IMG/VR virus record: IMGVR_UViG_3300025132_000028
Coordinates: 1 to 64,000 of that record
Reading direction: 5' to 3' (one strand)
Origin: a virus
Length of the DNA: 64,000 nucleotides
Shown here: piece after piece, positions 39,410 through 48,514 of the stretch
Layout: the number at the start of each line of letters is the position of its first letter
Numbering within the stretch: the stretch's first letter is position 1
The notes under the pieces: generated by a model
Seen by the model: only the letters and a program-made list of their open reading frames with translations
Told to the model about the DNA's origin: nothing
Databases searched by the model: none
Translations under genes and position numbers: made by a program

Positions 39410-40794
39410 TGGCACTCAATCCCTTTTTTATACAAGGTTCATCTGGAGAACAGAACCTTGTACAAGATTTAATCAACGAACAGTTGAGGATGTATGGTAT
39501 TGATGTAACCTACATTCCAAGGAAGTTTGTAAATAAACAATCAATTATAGAAGAAGTACAATCATCAAAATTTGATGATAATTTTACCATTGAAGCATAT
39601 TTGCAAAACTATGATGGGTTCCAAGGTAATGGAGATATTCTAACAAAATTTGGAATCACTCTAAAAGATGAAGTACAATTAATTATTTCTAAAGAGAGGT
39701 TTACTGATTTTATCCGTCCATTCATGGATCAGATGGATGATGATGAAGTTGAATTTTTTGATACCCCTAGAGAGGGAGATTTAATATACTTCCCACTTGG
39801 GAAAAAGTTATTTGAGATCAAGTATGTAGAAGTAGAAAAACCATTCTTCATGCTTCGTAAAAACTACGTTTTTGAACTTAGATGTGAACTCTTTGAATAC
39901 GAGAATGAGGTTCTTGATACTGGTATTGATTCTATTGATAAGACAGTTCTTGACGAAGGATTCATCACCACATTAAACATTGTAGGAAATGGAAGCACTG
40001 CTCTAGGAACTGCAAGTACAACTACTGGTTATGTTGGTCAAGTATTCTTACAAAATGATGGATATGGATTTACTAGTACTCCTTTAGTAACATTCACTTC
40101 TCCTCCAGTTGGATTTACAACTGCTACTGCTGTTGCAATCACAACTACCATGGGAACATTACGAGCGGTAGAAGCAATCAGATTGACAAATGCTGGTTAT
40201 GGATATAGTGAAAAACCAACCATCTTTATCACAGGTGGTGGTGGATCTGGTGCAATTGCAACCTGTACTTTTGTGGTTGGATCTGGAACTTCCTTCGGTG
40301 TTGGAGAAATTACTGTTGGAACATCAGGAACTCAATATGCTGCTTCACCAACTGTTGCTATTGGAACTGCTCCAGCTGGTGGAGTTGATGCAACTGCATT
40401 TGCAACTCTTAATTCCAGAGGTCAGGTTAATAATGTATACATTACCAATGCAGGTACTGGATATACCGAAGCACCTTCTGTAACCTTCTCTGGTGCTCCT
40501 CAGAACGGTTCTGGCAGTTATGTATACAATGAACTAGTTACTGGGCAATCAAGCAATACAACAGCAAGAGTTAGGGAATGGGATGCAACCACTAATGTTC
40601 TTAAGGTTGGTATTGTTACTGGAACCTTCTATGATGGAGAAACAGTTGTTGGTTCTGCGTCTTCTGCTACATATACTGTGAGAACATATACTTTTGAAGA
40701 TACTTACGATGCTTTCAATGAAGGTGATGTCTTTGAGACAGAGGCAGATTTAATCGTAGATTTCTCTGAAAGAAACCCATTTGGTGATTTCTAA
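39409..40794 (+). CDS. gp14: neck protein with inserted G.GY...P.V repeats
   Basis: ALNPFF..GS..EQNLVQDLINEQL.MYG, P.EGDLIYFP, ELFEY, C-terminal DFSE.NPFG. Confidence 0.92.
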   Translation: MALNPFFIQGSSGEQNLVQDLINEQLRMYGIDVTYIPRKFVNKQSIIEEVQSSKFDDNFTIEAYLQNYDGFQGNGDILTKFGITLKDEVQLIISKERFTDFIRPFMDQMDDDEVEFFDTPREGDLIYFPLGKKLFEIKYVEVEKPFFMLRKNYVFELRCELFEYENEVLDTGIDSIDKTVLDEGFITTLNIVGNGSTALGTASTTTGYVGQVFLQNDGYGFTSTPLVTFTSPPVGFTTATAVAITTTMGTLRAVEAIRLTNAGYGYSEKPTIFITGGGGSGAIATCTFVVGSGTSFGVGEITVGTSGTQYAASPTVAIGTAPAGGVDATAFATLNSRGQVNNVYITNAGTGYTEAPSVTFSGAPQNGSGSYVYNELVTGQSSNTTARVREWDATTNVLKVGIVTGTFYDGETVVGSASSATYTVRTYTFEDTYDAFNEGDVFETEADLIVDFSERNPFGDF

Positions 40795-41648
40795 TGTTAG
40801 GACAGTATTACTACCACGAAATCTTAAGAAAAACAATTATTGGTTTCGGAACTTTATTTAATAATATTCAACTACGCCATCAAGATGCTGCTGGTAAGGA
40901 TATTAGTGCGATCAAAGTTCCCCTAGCATATGGTCCTGCACAAAAATTCTTGGCAAGAATTGAGCAAGGTAAAACAAACGAGAGAGACATTGCAATTACT
41001 TTACCACGAATGTCATTTGAAATGACTGGTATTGAGTATGATGCAACAAGAAAAACAGGAATTACTCAAACATTCAAAACCACTATGAAATCTAGTGGTG
41101 ATATGAAAAAGGTATTCATGCCTGTTCCTTATACTCTTAGTTTTTCATTATCAATTTTTACAAAATTGAACGATGATGCTTTACAAATTATTGAACAGAT
41201 ATTACCTTATTTCCAACCAAGTTTTAATATTACAATAGATCTAGTAAGTTCTATTGGAGAAAAAAGAGATATTCCAGTTACATTAAACAATATTAGTTTT
41301 TCTGATGAATATGAGGGAGACTTTACAACTCGTAGAGCACTCATTTATACATTGACTTTTTCTGCAAAAACTCAACTCTTCGGTGCAATCGCAGATTCTC
41401 CAGATGGAATCATCAAGAAGGTTATGGTCGATATCTACCAAGATACAAATACAAGGACTGCAAGAAAGAGTGTCAGATATACAACTACACCAAAAGCGAA
41501 GAAAGATTACGACAACGACGGAGCGATTACTGCTGCCGATGATCCATTAGTTGAAGCTGGTGATGACTTTGGATTTAATGAAAGTACATCAATTTATTTG
41601 ACTCCAACTAAATATAGTCCAAGTGAAGGTAAGGATGTTGACGGATGA
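40794..41648 (+). CDS. gp15: tail sheath stabilizer / tail terminator
   Basis: YYYHEI.RK.II.FGTLFN, VPLAYGP.QKFLAR, LPRMSFE, QI.EQILPYFQP. Confidence 0.95.
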   Translation: MLGQYYYHEILRKTIIGFGTLFNNIQLRHQDAAGKDISAIKVPLAYGPAQKFLARIEQGKTNERDIAITLPRMSFEMTGIEYDATRKTGITQTFKTTMKSSGDMKKVFMPVPYTLSFSLSIFTKLNDDALQIIEQILPYFQPSFNITIDLVSSIGEKRDIPVTLNNISFSDEYEGDFTTRRALIYTLTFSAKTQLFGAIADSPDGIIKKVMVDIYQDTNTRTARKSVRYTTTPKAKKDYDNDGAITAADDPLVEAGDDFGFNESTSIYLTPTKYSPSEGKDVDG

Positions 41649-42073
41649 TGAAAGATAATAAATTTGACCAAATTAATGAAGCATTAGATACATCAATTGA
41701 ATCTAGTATTACTGAGATTCAGAAAGATGCTGTGCCAGTTCCTAAACAAGAAACAAATGATGTAGGTAAAGATTATGAATACACTAGAGGTAACTTGTAT
41801 TCTTTAATTGAAAAGGGACAAGAAGCACTCAACGGAATCATGGAACTAGCAGCAGAGAGTGACAGTCCTAGAGCATATGAAGTTGCTGGTCAAATTTTAA
41901 AAAGTGTTGGTGACACTACAGATAAACTTTTAGATTTACAAAAGAAATTGAAAGATATTGAGGAAGATACTGGAAAACCAATAGGTGGTAATATAACTAA
42001 TAATGCTGTTTTTGTTGGGTCAACTACAGAGTTACAGAAATTGTTAAAGAAAGGATTACTAAATAATAAGTAA
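41645..42073 (+). CDS. gp16: terminase small subunit
   Basis: DYEYTRGNLYSLIEKGQEA..G, PRAYEV, NNA.FVGST.ELQK. Confidence 0.93.
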   Translation: MMKDNKFDQINEALDTSIESSITEIQKDAVPVPKQETNDVGKDYEYTRGNLYSLIEKGQEALNGIMELAAESDSPRAYEVAGQILKSVGDTTDKLLDLQKKLKDIEEDTGKPIGGNITNNAVFVGSTTELQKLLKKGLLNNK

Positions 42074-42090
42074 CTGTTCTATCATTTACG

Positions 42091-43011
42091 ATGAGATTAG
42101 ATGAAAACAAAAGTGGTGATAGTTCTTTGCGTGACTGGTTTAGCAAGAGTCGCTCTTCTGATGGTACCCCTGGTTGGGTTCAAATGGGCGGTAAATACTC
42201 AGGAAAACCCTGTGCTAAACAACCAGGACAAAAGACTAAACCAAAATGCGGATCTTCTAAGATGAAGAGCAACCTTAATAAAAAGGAAGAGGATTCTGCT
42301 TTTCGTCGTAAGAACCGTCAAGATCCTAACCCAAATAGAAAAGGTAAGGCAAAGAACGTAGCAACAGAACAAATGAAAACATTTAACACATTTTTTGAGG
42401 GCAAGAAAGATGCCTGTTATACGAAAGTAAAATCTCGTTATTCAGTTTGGCCAAGTGCTTATGCAAGCGGTGCACTTGTCAAATGCCGAAAAGTTGGTGC
42501 AAAGAATTGGGGAAATAAAACTAAGAAAGAAGAATTTGAAGGTACAACGACCTTTGCTAAATTCCAATCAGAATGTTGGAAAACGCATAAAAAAGTAGGA
42601 ATGAAAATGAAAGGAGGCAAGTTGGTAAATGATTGTCGCCCTAAGAATGAAGAAGTTACTAACGAAGCGAAAAATTGTTGGAAAGGTTATGAGAAAAAAG
42701 GATCCCAAAAACTATTCGGAAAAACGTACAACCGCTGTGTAAAAAAAGAGGAGACAACTAATGTCGAAGAAGGAGCAGCATGGACAAAAAAGTCAGGACA
42801 AAGTAAGTCAGGAGGACTTAACGAAAAAGGCAGAAAAAGTTACGAACGCGAAAATCCTGGATCTGACCTTAAAGCACCTAGCAAGAAGGTTGGAAACAAG
42901 CGTAGGTCATCATTCTGCGCTCGAATGAAAGGAATGAGAAAGAGACAGAAACCATCTAACAATACAGGTGATGATAGATTATCTAAGTCACTCAGAGCAT
43001 GGAACTGTTAA
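42091..43011 (+). CDS. basic multi-module protein, putative internal head polyprotein
   Basis: 306 aa; Lys/Cys-rich modules separated by acidic E-rich linkers; ACTAAATA late promoter at 42058-42065. Confidence 0.7.
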   Translation: MRLDENKSGDSSLRDWFSKSRSSDGTPGWVQMGGKYSGKPCAKQPGQKTKPKCGSSKMKSNLNKKEEDSAFRRKNRQDPNPNRKGKAKNVATEQMKTFNTFFEGKKDACYTKVKSRYSVWPSAYASGALVKCRKVGAKNWGNKTKKEEFEGTTTFAKFQSECWKTHKKVGMKMKGGKLVNDCRPKNEEVTNEAKNCWKGYEKKGSQKLFGKTYNRCVKKEETTNVEEGAAWTKKSGQSKSGGLNEKGRKSYERENPGSDLKAPSKKVGNKRRSSFCARMKGMRKRQKPSNNTGDDRLSKSLRAWNC

Positions 43012-43012
43012 G

Positions 43013-43522
43013 ATGAAAAGTTTTCAACAGTTTATGGCAGAGGGTAACCCTACTACCCGTATGATGCAGAAGTCTCAGACACAACAGACTGGTAACATTA
43101 GTGCCGATCGTGGAACTAATGAAAAAGCAAACAGAGTAAAACGTAAAGGTCTCGAAACAGATTTAAAGAAGAAAGGAATTGGATACAAAAAGGGAGTTGG
43201 TGAATATAAATATTCATCAGGAGAAGGTACAGGACGTGAGGTTTCATACCAAACAAGTCCTAAACCAGGAATGTCCAAACGTCGTTTTGGAAAGGTCATG
43301 CGTCGTCTCGGTAGAAAGCATGGTCAAGAGTCTGTAATTACAAAGGATAAAAACAAACCTGCAAGATTACATGACACCGAATCTAAAAAACCTAGTCCCT
43401 CCTTTGGTATAGGTAAATCAAAACCAGGTAAGAATCCTTCTGGTATGGGTCAAACTTCTGGCACAAAAGTTAGAAGTGGAAAACTAGGTAAAACTAATAA
43501 ACCTGCATTTCATTATAATTAA
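43013..43522 (+). CDS. putative internal head protein with capsid-targeting N-terminus
   Basis: starts MKSFQQFMAE, resembling the T4 internal-protein targeting sequence MKTYQEFIAE; very basic. Confidence 0.7.
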   Translation: MKSFQQFMAEGNPTTRMMQKSQTQQTGNISADRGTNEKANRVKRKGLETDLKKKGIGYKKGVGEYKYSSGEGTGREVSYQTSPKPGMSKRRFGKVMRRLGRKHGQESVITKDKNKPARLHDTESKKPSPSFGIGKSKPGKNPSGMGQTSGTKVRSGKLGKTNKPAFHYN

Positions 43523-43523
43523 C

Positions 43524-43598
43524 ATGCCTATTTTTGTTATTGCTGTAGTGCTCATTGTTACAACAGGAGCATTTATAAGATATTATGACCCCCATTAA
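43524..43598 (+). CDS. 24-aa hydrophobic peptide (MPIFVIAVVLIVTTGAFIRYYDPH)
   Basis: exactly fills the gap before gp17. Confidence 0.45.
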   Translation: MPIFVIAVVLIVTTGAFIRYYDPH

Positions 43599-43601
43599 AC
43601 T

Positions 43602-45257
43602 ATGAGTGAGAATGTATATCTTGGTAATCCAAATCTAAAAAGAGCAAATACTCAAATTCAATTTACTGAGGATCAAGTTGTTGAGTTCCTCAAATGTAAA
43701 GATGATCCTGTATATTTTGCTTTAAATTATATAAAGATTGTTTCTCTTGATGAGGGAGAAGTTCCCTTTAAGATGTATGCTTTTCAAGAGAAGTTGGTAA
43801 AAAGATTTCATGCGAATAGATTTAACATCTGTAAGATGCCACGACAGACAGGTAAGTCTACAACTTGCGTGTCGTATCTCTTACACTATGCTCTCTTTAA
43901 TGCCAATGTTAATATTGCTATTCTGGCAAACAAAGCATCAACTGCAAGAGATCTACTAAACAGATTACAATTTGCATACGAAAAACTGCCCAAATGGATG
44001 CAGCAAGGAATCCTTGTGTATAATAAAGGTTCCATGGAATTGGAGAATGGATCTAAAATTATCGCAGCATCTACGTCTGCATCTGCTGTTCGTGGTGGAT
44101 CTTATAATATCATATTCTTAGACGAATTTGCGTTCATCCCGAATCATATTGCTGAACAATTCTTTGCATCTGTTTATCCTACTATTTCTTCTGGTAAAAA
44201 CACCAAAGTAATTATGGTATCTACCCCTCACGGGATGAATCATTTTTACAGATATTGGCATGATGCTGAAAGAGGAGAAAATGAATATGTACCTACTGAA
44301 GTTCACTGGTCAGAAGTACCAGGCAGAGATGCTGTATGGAAAGAGCAAACAATCAAGAACACTTCTGAATCACAGTTTAGAGTTGAGTTTGAATGTGAAT
44401 TCTTAGGATCTGTTGATACCTTAATTGCACCATCAAAACTGAAAACGATGGTTTATGAAAATCCATCCACACAAAATGCTGGTTTGGATGTATATGAACA
44501 ACCTAAAGACAATCATGATTATATGATTACAGTTGACGTTGCAAGAGGTGTTGGTTTTGACTACTCTGCATTTGTTGTAGTTGATATTACTGAGTTTCCA
44601 CATCGTCTTGTAGCAAAATATAGAAATAATGAAATCAAACCTATGTTGTTTCCAAATATTATTTGGCAAGTAGGAAAGAATTACAATAACGCATACATCT
44701 TATGTGAGGTAAATGATATTGGTGATCAAGTTGCATCAATAATTCAATATGATCTTGAGTATCAAAATCTTCTTATGTGTTCTATGAGAGGTAGAGCAGG
44801 TCAAGTTGTTGGACAAGGTTTCTCTGGTAAGAAGACTCAACTAGGTGTAAAAATGTCCAAGACAGTAAAAAAAGTTGGATCATTAAACCTTAAGACAATG
44901 ATTGAGGGTGATAAAGTTATCATTAATGATTATGATATCATCTCAGAACTTACTACATTCATATCTAAAAGCAATTCATTTGAGGCAGAAGAAGGATGTA
45001 ATGATGACCTTGCTATGTGTCTTGTAATATATGCATGGTTAGTTGCCCAAGATTATTTTAAAGAACTTACCGATCAAGATGTTCGTAAAAGGTTATATGA
45101 AGAACAGAAAAATCAAATTGAACAGGACATGGCACCATTTGGTTTTATAGATGATGGTTTAGACAGTGATACATTTGTAGATGCAGAAGGAGACCGATGG
45201 AATAAAGCTTCAGATGAATATGGCGAAAGATCATATATGTGGGATTATCTTTCTTGA
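43602..45257 (+). CDS. gp17: terminase large subunit
   Basis: YLGNPNLK, PRQTGKST (Walker A), IIFLDEFAF (Walker B), STP.G.NHFY, DVARG, NDDL.M nuclease motifs. Confidence 0.97.
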   Translation: MSENVYLGNPNLKRANTQIQFTEDQVVEFLKCKDDPVYFALNYIKIVSLDEGEVPFKMYAFQEKLVKRFHANRFNICKMPRQTGKSTTCVSYLLHYALFNANVNIAILANKASTARDLLNRLQFAYEKLPKWMQQGILVYNKGSMELENGSKIIAASTSASAVRGGSYNIIFLDEFAFIPNHIAEQFFASVYPTISSGKNTKVIMVSTPHGMNHFYRYWHDAERGENEYVPTEVHWSEVPGRDAVWKEQTIKNTSESQFRVEFECEFLGSVDTLIAPSKLKTMVYENPSTQNAGLDVYEQPKDNHDYMITVDVARGVGFDYSAFVVVDITEFPHRLVAKYRNNEIKPMLFPNIIWQVGKNYNNAYILCEVNDIGDQVASIIQYDLEYQNLLMCSMRGRAGQVVGQGFSGKKTQLGVKMSKTVKKVGSLNLKTMIEGDKVIINDYDIISELTTFISKSNSFEAEEGCNDDLAMCLVIYAWLVAQDYFKELTDQDVRKRLYEEQKNQIEQDMAPFGFIDDGLDSDTFVDAEGDRWNKASDEYGERSYMWDYLS

Positions 45258-45487
45258 TGGAATTTGATTTAGATGAGAACCTGTCATTAGGTCATTTGTT
45301 ACTTTCTGATAGACAGTGTAGGACTTGTAGACAGACAAAAAATTTAGTTGATGGGTTTTATCGTACTAGGAAAGATAGAGGACCAGTTGAATCATCATAC
45401 TCATATGAATGCAAAAAATGCACTATTGAAAGGGTAAAGAACAAAAAATTGACAACTAATGAAAGGTGGCAATATCCTGACTGGTAG
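45257..45487 (+). CDS. small zinc-finger protein
   Basis: CRTC...FY...YECKKC, C-terminal W.YPDW; TGATG coupling with gp17. Confidence 0.75.
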   Translation: MEFDLDENLSLGHLLLSDRQCRTCRQTKNLVDGFYRTRKDRGPVESSYSYECKKCTIERVKNKKLTTNERWQYPDW

Positions 45488-45527
45488 TAAGTTCACGCTA
45501 AGTTTCCCCTGTGTAAAGGTTCAAAAC

Positions 45528-45535
45528 AATAAATA
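45528..45535 (+). promoter_or_regulatory. late promoter (AATAAATA)
   Basis: TAAATA core upstream of gp18 RBS AAGGAG. Confidence 0.65.
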
Positions 45536-45572
45536 TTTCTAGACTATTTCTGAGTACGCCAAGGAGTAACAA

Positions 45573-47828
45573 ATGGGCTATCTAAACTTAGCATCTCCAG
45601 GTATTCTGGTTAGAGAAGTTGACTTGACCACTGGTAGAGTGGATGCAACTTCTGATAGTATCGGAGCGCTATGTTCGCCTTTTGCAAAAGGTCCTGTAAG
45701 CCAAGCAACACTCATCGAGAGTGAGCAAGATTTGCTCAACATTTTCGGATCTGCATACAGTGCAGATAGACATTATGAGCATTGGATTTCGGCTTCTTCA
45801 TACCTTGCATATGGAGGTGCATTACGTGTTGTCAGAGCTGACGGCACTGCACTAAAGAATGCATGTGCTGACGATACACCAGGTATTGCCTTTACGGGGA
45901 CTGCTATTAAAATTAAAAACGATCTGGATTTTGAATCGACTGGATATCTAGAAAACGGTATTAGTGGTGTTTCTTTCGTTGCACAAACACCAGGTACATG
46001 GGCAAATAACGTAACTATCTGCGTTGTTGACGGTCAAGCCGATCAACAAATGACTGGTATTAATACAACACAGTTTGCATCTGTCGTTGGTGTTGGTACT
46101 ACACAAAGTGTAAGAGTAACACACTCTCTACAAGTTGGTTATGGTGTAACACAAGCAGTTCCTGCTAACACAGTTCTTGCTGGTGCTGGTTCTACATCAC
46201 TATTGGATGGATTTTTCAAAGGTGTTATTACTGGTATTAGTAGTGCTAAAGGTGGTACTGTTGATGTTAAATTCCATTCTCATGTTTCTACAGCAGGTAC
46301 TGAAACTGAGGTAGATTACACGCCAACTGGTATCTATAGATTTGGAGATACTGGATCACTTGCTTTCCATACTGTTGACGGTGTAACAATCGGTGTTACT
46401 ACGTTAACTAATTCGGATGTTGCTTATGGTACTACTTCTTATACTGGCGAGAACGATTGGTTTGATAACCAATACGTAGGTATTGATAATAATAACTTTA
46501 AGTGGAACGCTGTAGCAGATCGTCCTGGTACTTCTCAGTATTGTTCTGAGAGAAACTCCAGACATGACGAAATGCACATCCTTGTCATTGATGACAAAGG
46601 TTTAATTACAGGTGTTCCTGGTCAAATTTTAGAGAAGCACTTTAATCTTTCCAAAGCAAAGGATGCAACTTCTTCTGTTGCAACACCTTCATGGTATAGA
46701 AAGTATCTTGTCGAAGATTCAGATTACATCTTCGGTGGTAACCAACCTGTTGGTGTTACTACTTCTAGTTTCCAGAAAGATAAGTTTGAGCAAGACAGTG
46801 ACGTTAACTGGAACCAAGATGCACAAGACATCAGTTTTGCTGGTAGAGGTGCTTGGAAGGTTGTAATGTCTAAGGGCGTTAACTACGCTGCATCTGGTTT
46901 AACTGGTGAATTTGCTGCTTCAGTTGGCAACATCTATGCTGGTTATGAATTGTTTGAGAATCCTGAAGAGATTGAAATTAACTTCCTCATCATGGGTTCT
47001 GCGAACTACAGCAAAGAAGGTGCTGCTGCAATTGCAAACAAACTAATTGAAGTTGCAGAATTAAGAAAGGATGCTGTTGCATTCATTTCTCCTTATAGAG
47101 GTGCATTCTTAACAGACGATGCCCTCAACCCAACATCTGAGATCTTAGCTAAGATCACAGGATACTATGCTCCTGTCACATCATCATCTTTCGCTGTTCT
47201 TGATTCTGGTTACAAGTATACCTTTGACCGTTTCAACAAAGAGTTTAGATGGGTTCCAATGAACGCTGATATCGCTGGTCTTTGTGCTAGAACTGATATC
47301 AATAACTTCCCATGGTACTCACCTGCTGGTACTTCCAGAGGTGCGATCCTTAACGCTGTTAAACTTGCGTTCAATCCTGGCAAGAGAGCAAGAGACGAAC
47401 TTTATTCTAATAGAATTAACCCAATCACCTTTAATCCAGGTGGCGGTATCATTCTATTTGGTGATAAGACTGGTCTTGCTAAAGCATCTGCATTCGACAG
47501 AATCAACGTCCGTCGTTTGTTCATCTTCCTAGAGAAGGCGATATCAGCTGCTGCTAGAGATCAACTCTTTGAGTTCAACGATGATATTACAAGAACAAAC
47601 TTTGTAAATATCATTGAACCATTCTTACGTGATGTTCAGGCAAAGAGAGGTATTAGTGACTTCTTAGTTGTTTGTGATGAAACTAACAACACTCCTGACG
47701 TTATTGATCGTAACGAATTTATTGCAGACATATTCATTAAGCCTGCACGTTCCATCAACTTCATCGGTCTTACATTCGTTGCTACTAGAACTGGCATCTC
47801 GTTTGAAGAAGTCGTTGGTAGAGTTTAA
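45573..47828 (+). CDS. gp18: tail sheath protein
   Basis: LASPG..VREVDLT, PWYSPAG..RG, FDRINVRRLF, IKPARSINFI.L.FVATRTG. Confidence 0.97.
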   Translation: MGYLNLASPGILVREVDLTTGRVDATSDSIGALCSPFAKGPVSQATLIESEQDLLNIFGSAYSADRHYEHWISASSYLAYGGALRVVRADGTALKNACADDTPGIAFTGTAIKIKNDLDFESTGYLENGISGVSFVAQTPGTWANNVTICVVDGQADQQMTGINTTQFASVVGVGTTQSVRVTHSLQVGYGVTQAVPANTVLAGAGSTSLLDGFFKGVITGISSAKGGTVDVKFHSHVSTAGTETEVDYTPTGIYRFGDTGSLAFHTVDGVTIGVTTLTNSDVAYGTTSYTGENDWFDNQYVGIDNNNFKWNAVADRPGTSQYCSERNSRHDEMHILVIDDKGLITGVPGQILEKHFNLSKAKDATSSVATPSWYRKYLVEDSDYIFGGNQPVGVTTSSFQKDKFEQDSDVNWNQDAQDISFAGRGAWKVVMSKGVNYAASGLTGEFAASVGNIYAGYELFENPEEIEINFLIMGSANYSKEGAAAIANKLIEVAELRKDAVAFISPYRGAFLTDDALNPTSEILAKITGYYAPVTSSSFAVLDSGYKYTFDRFNKEFRWVPMNADIAGLCARTDINNFPWYSPAGTSRGAILNAVKLAFNPGKRARDELYSNRINPITFNPGGGIILFGDKTGLAKASAFDRINVRRLFIFLEKAISAAARDQLFEFNDDITRTNFVNIIEPFLRDVQAKRGISDFLVVCDETNNTPDVIDRNEFIADIFIKPARSINFIGLTFVATRTGISFEEVVGRV

Positions 47829-47850
47829 TTTTAATCCCAGGTAAACAACA

Positions 47851-48477
47851 ATGGCACACAGAGGGCAACAAAATTCGATTGCTACCAAATCTAGGACAAT
47901 CGATGACTTTAAACAAAGACTAATTGGGGGCGGTTCAAGAAGCAACCTATTTGAGGTTGTTATGAACTTCCCTGAAGGAGTTGTAGGAGCTGATGTTACG
48001 GATATCGAACTTAAGTCTCGTTTCCTTATCAAAGCAGCACAACTTCCCGCATCCAATGTCACACCAATCGAAGTACCTTTCAGAGGAAGAACTCTGAAAG
48101 TTGCTGGTGACAGAACATTTGATGCATGGACAGTCACAGTAATTAACGATACTGATTTCGCACTTCGTTCTTCTTTTGAGAGATGGATGAACTTTATTAA
48201 TAAGGTATCCGATGCTTCAGGTAGAGTAAATCCTGAAGATTACCAAGTAGACGCTTGGATTCATCAACTTGGTAGAGCAGATGTTTCACCTAATGGTGAG
48301 CAACCAAGTTCTGACTCATTACCTATTCTAAGAACGTATCATTTCTATAATATCTTCCCAACTCAGGTAGCACCTATCGAAGTTTCTTATGAAACAACCG
48401 ATACTATCGAAGAGTTTACTGTTGAATTACAAGTTCAGTGGTGGGAAGCAGGTGGAAATGGCGGATCTGTAGAGTGA
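47851..48477 (+). CDS. gp19: tail tube protein
   Basis: GG.R.NLFEV, PFRGR.LKVAGDRTF..WTVTVIND, IEEFTVE. Confidence 0.96.
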   Translation: MAHRGQQNSIATKSRTIDDFKQRLIGGGSRSNLFEVVMNFPEGVVGADVTDIELKSRFLIKAAQLPASNVTPIEVPFRGRTLKVAGDRTFDAWTVTVINDTDFALRSSFERWMNFINKVSDASGRVNPEDYQVDAWIHQLGRADVSPNGEQPSSDSLPILRTYHFYNIFPTQVAPIEVSYETTDTIEEFTVELQVQWWEAGGNGGSVE

Positions 48478-48483
48478 TAAATA
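48476..48483 (+). promoter_or_regulatory. late promoter (GATAAATA)
   Basis: TAAATA core upstream of gp20. Confidence 0.65.
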
Positions 48484-48514
48484 GTTAAACAGTAGTCACA
48501 AGTTTAACTATAAA

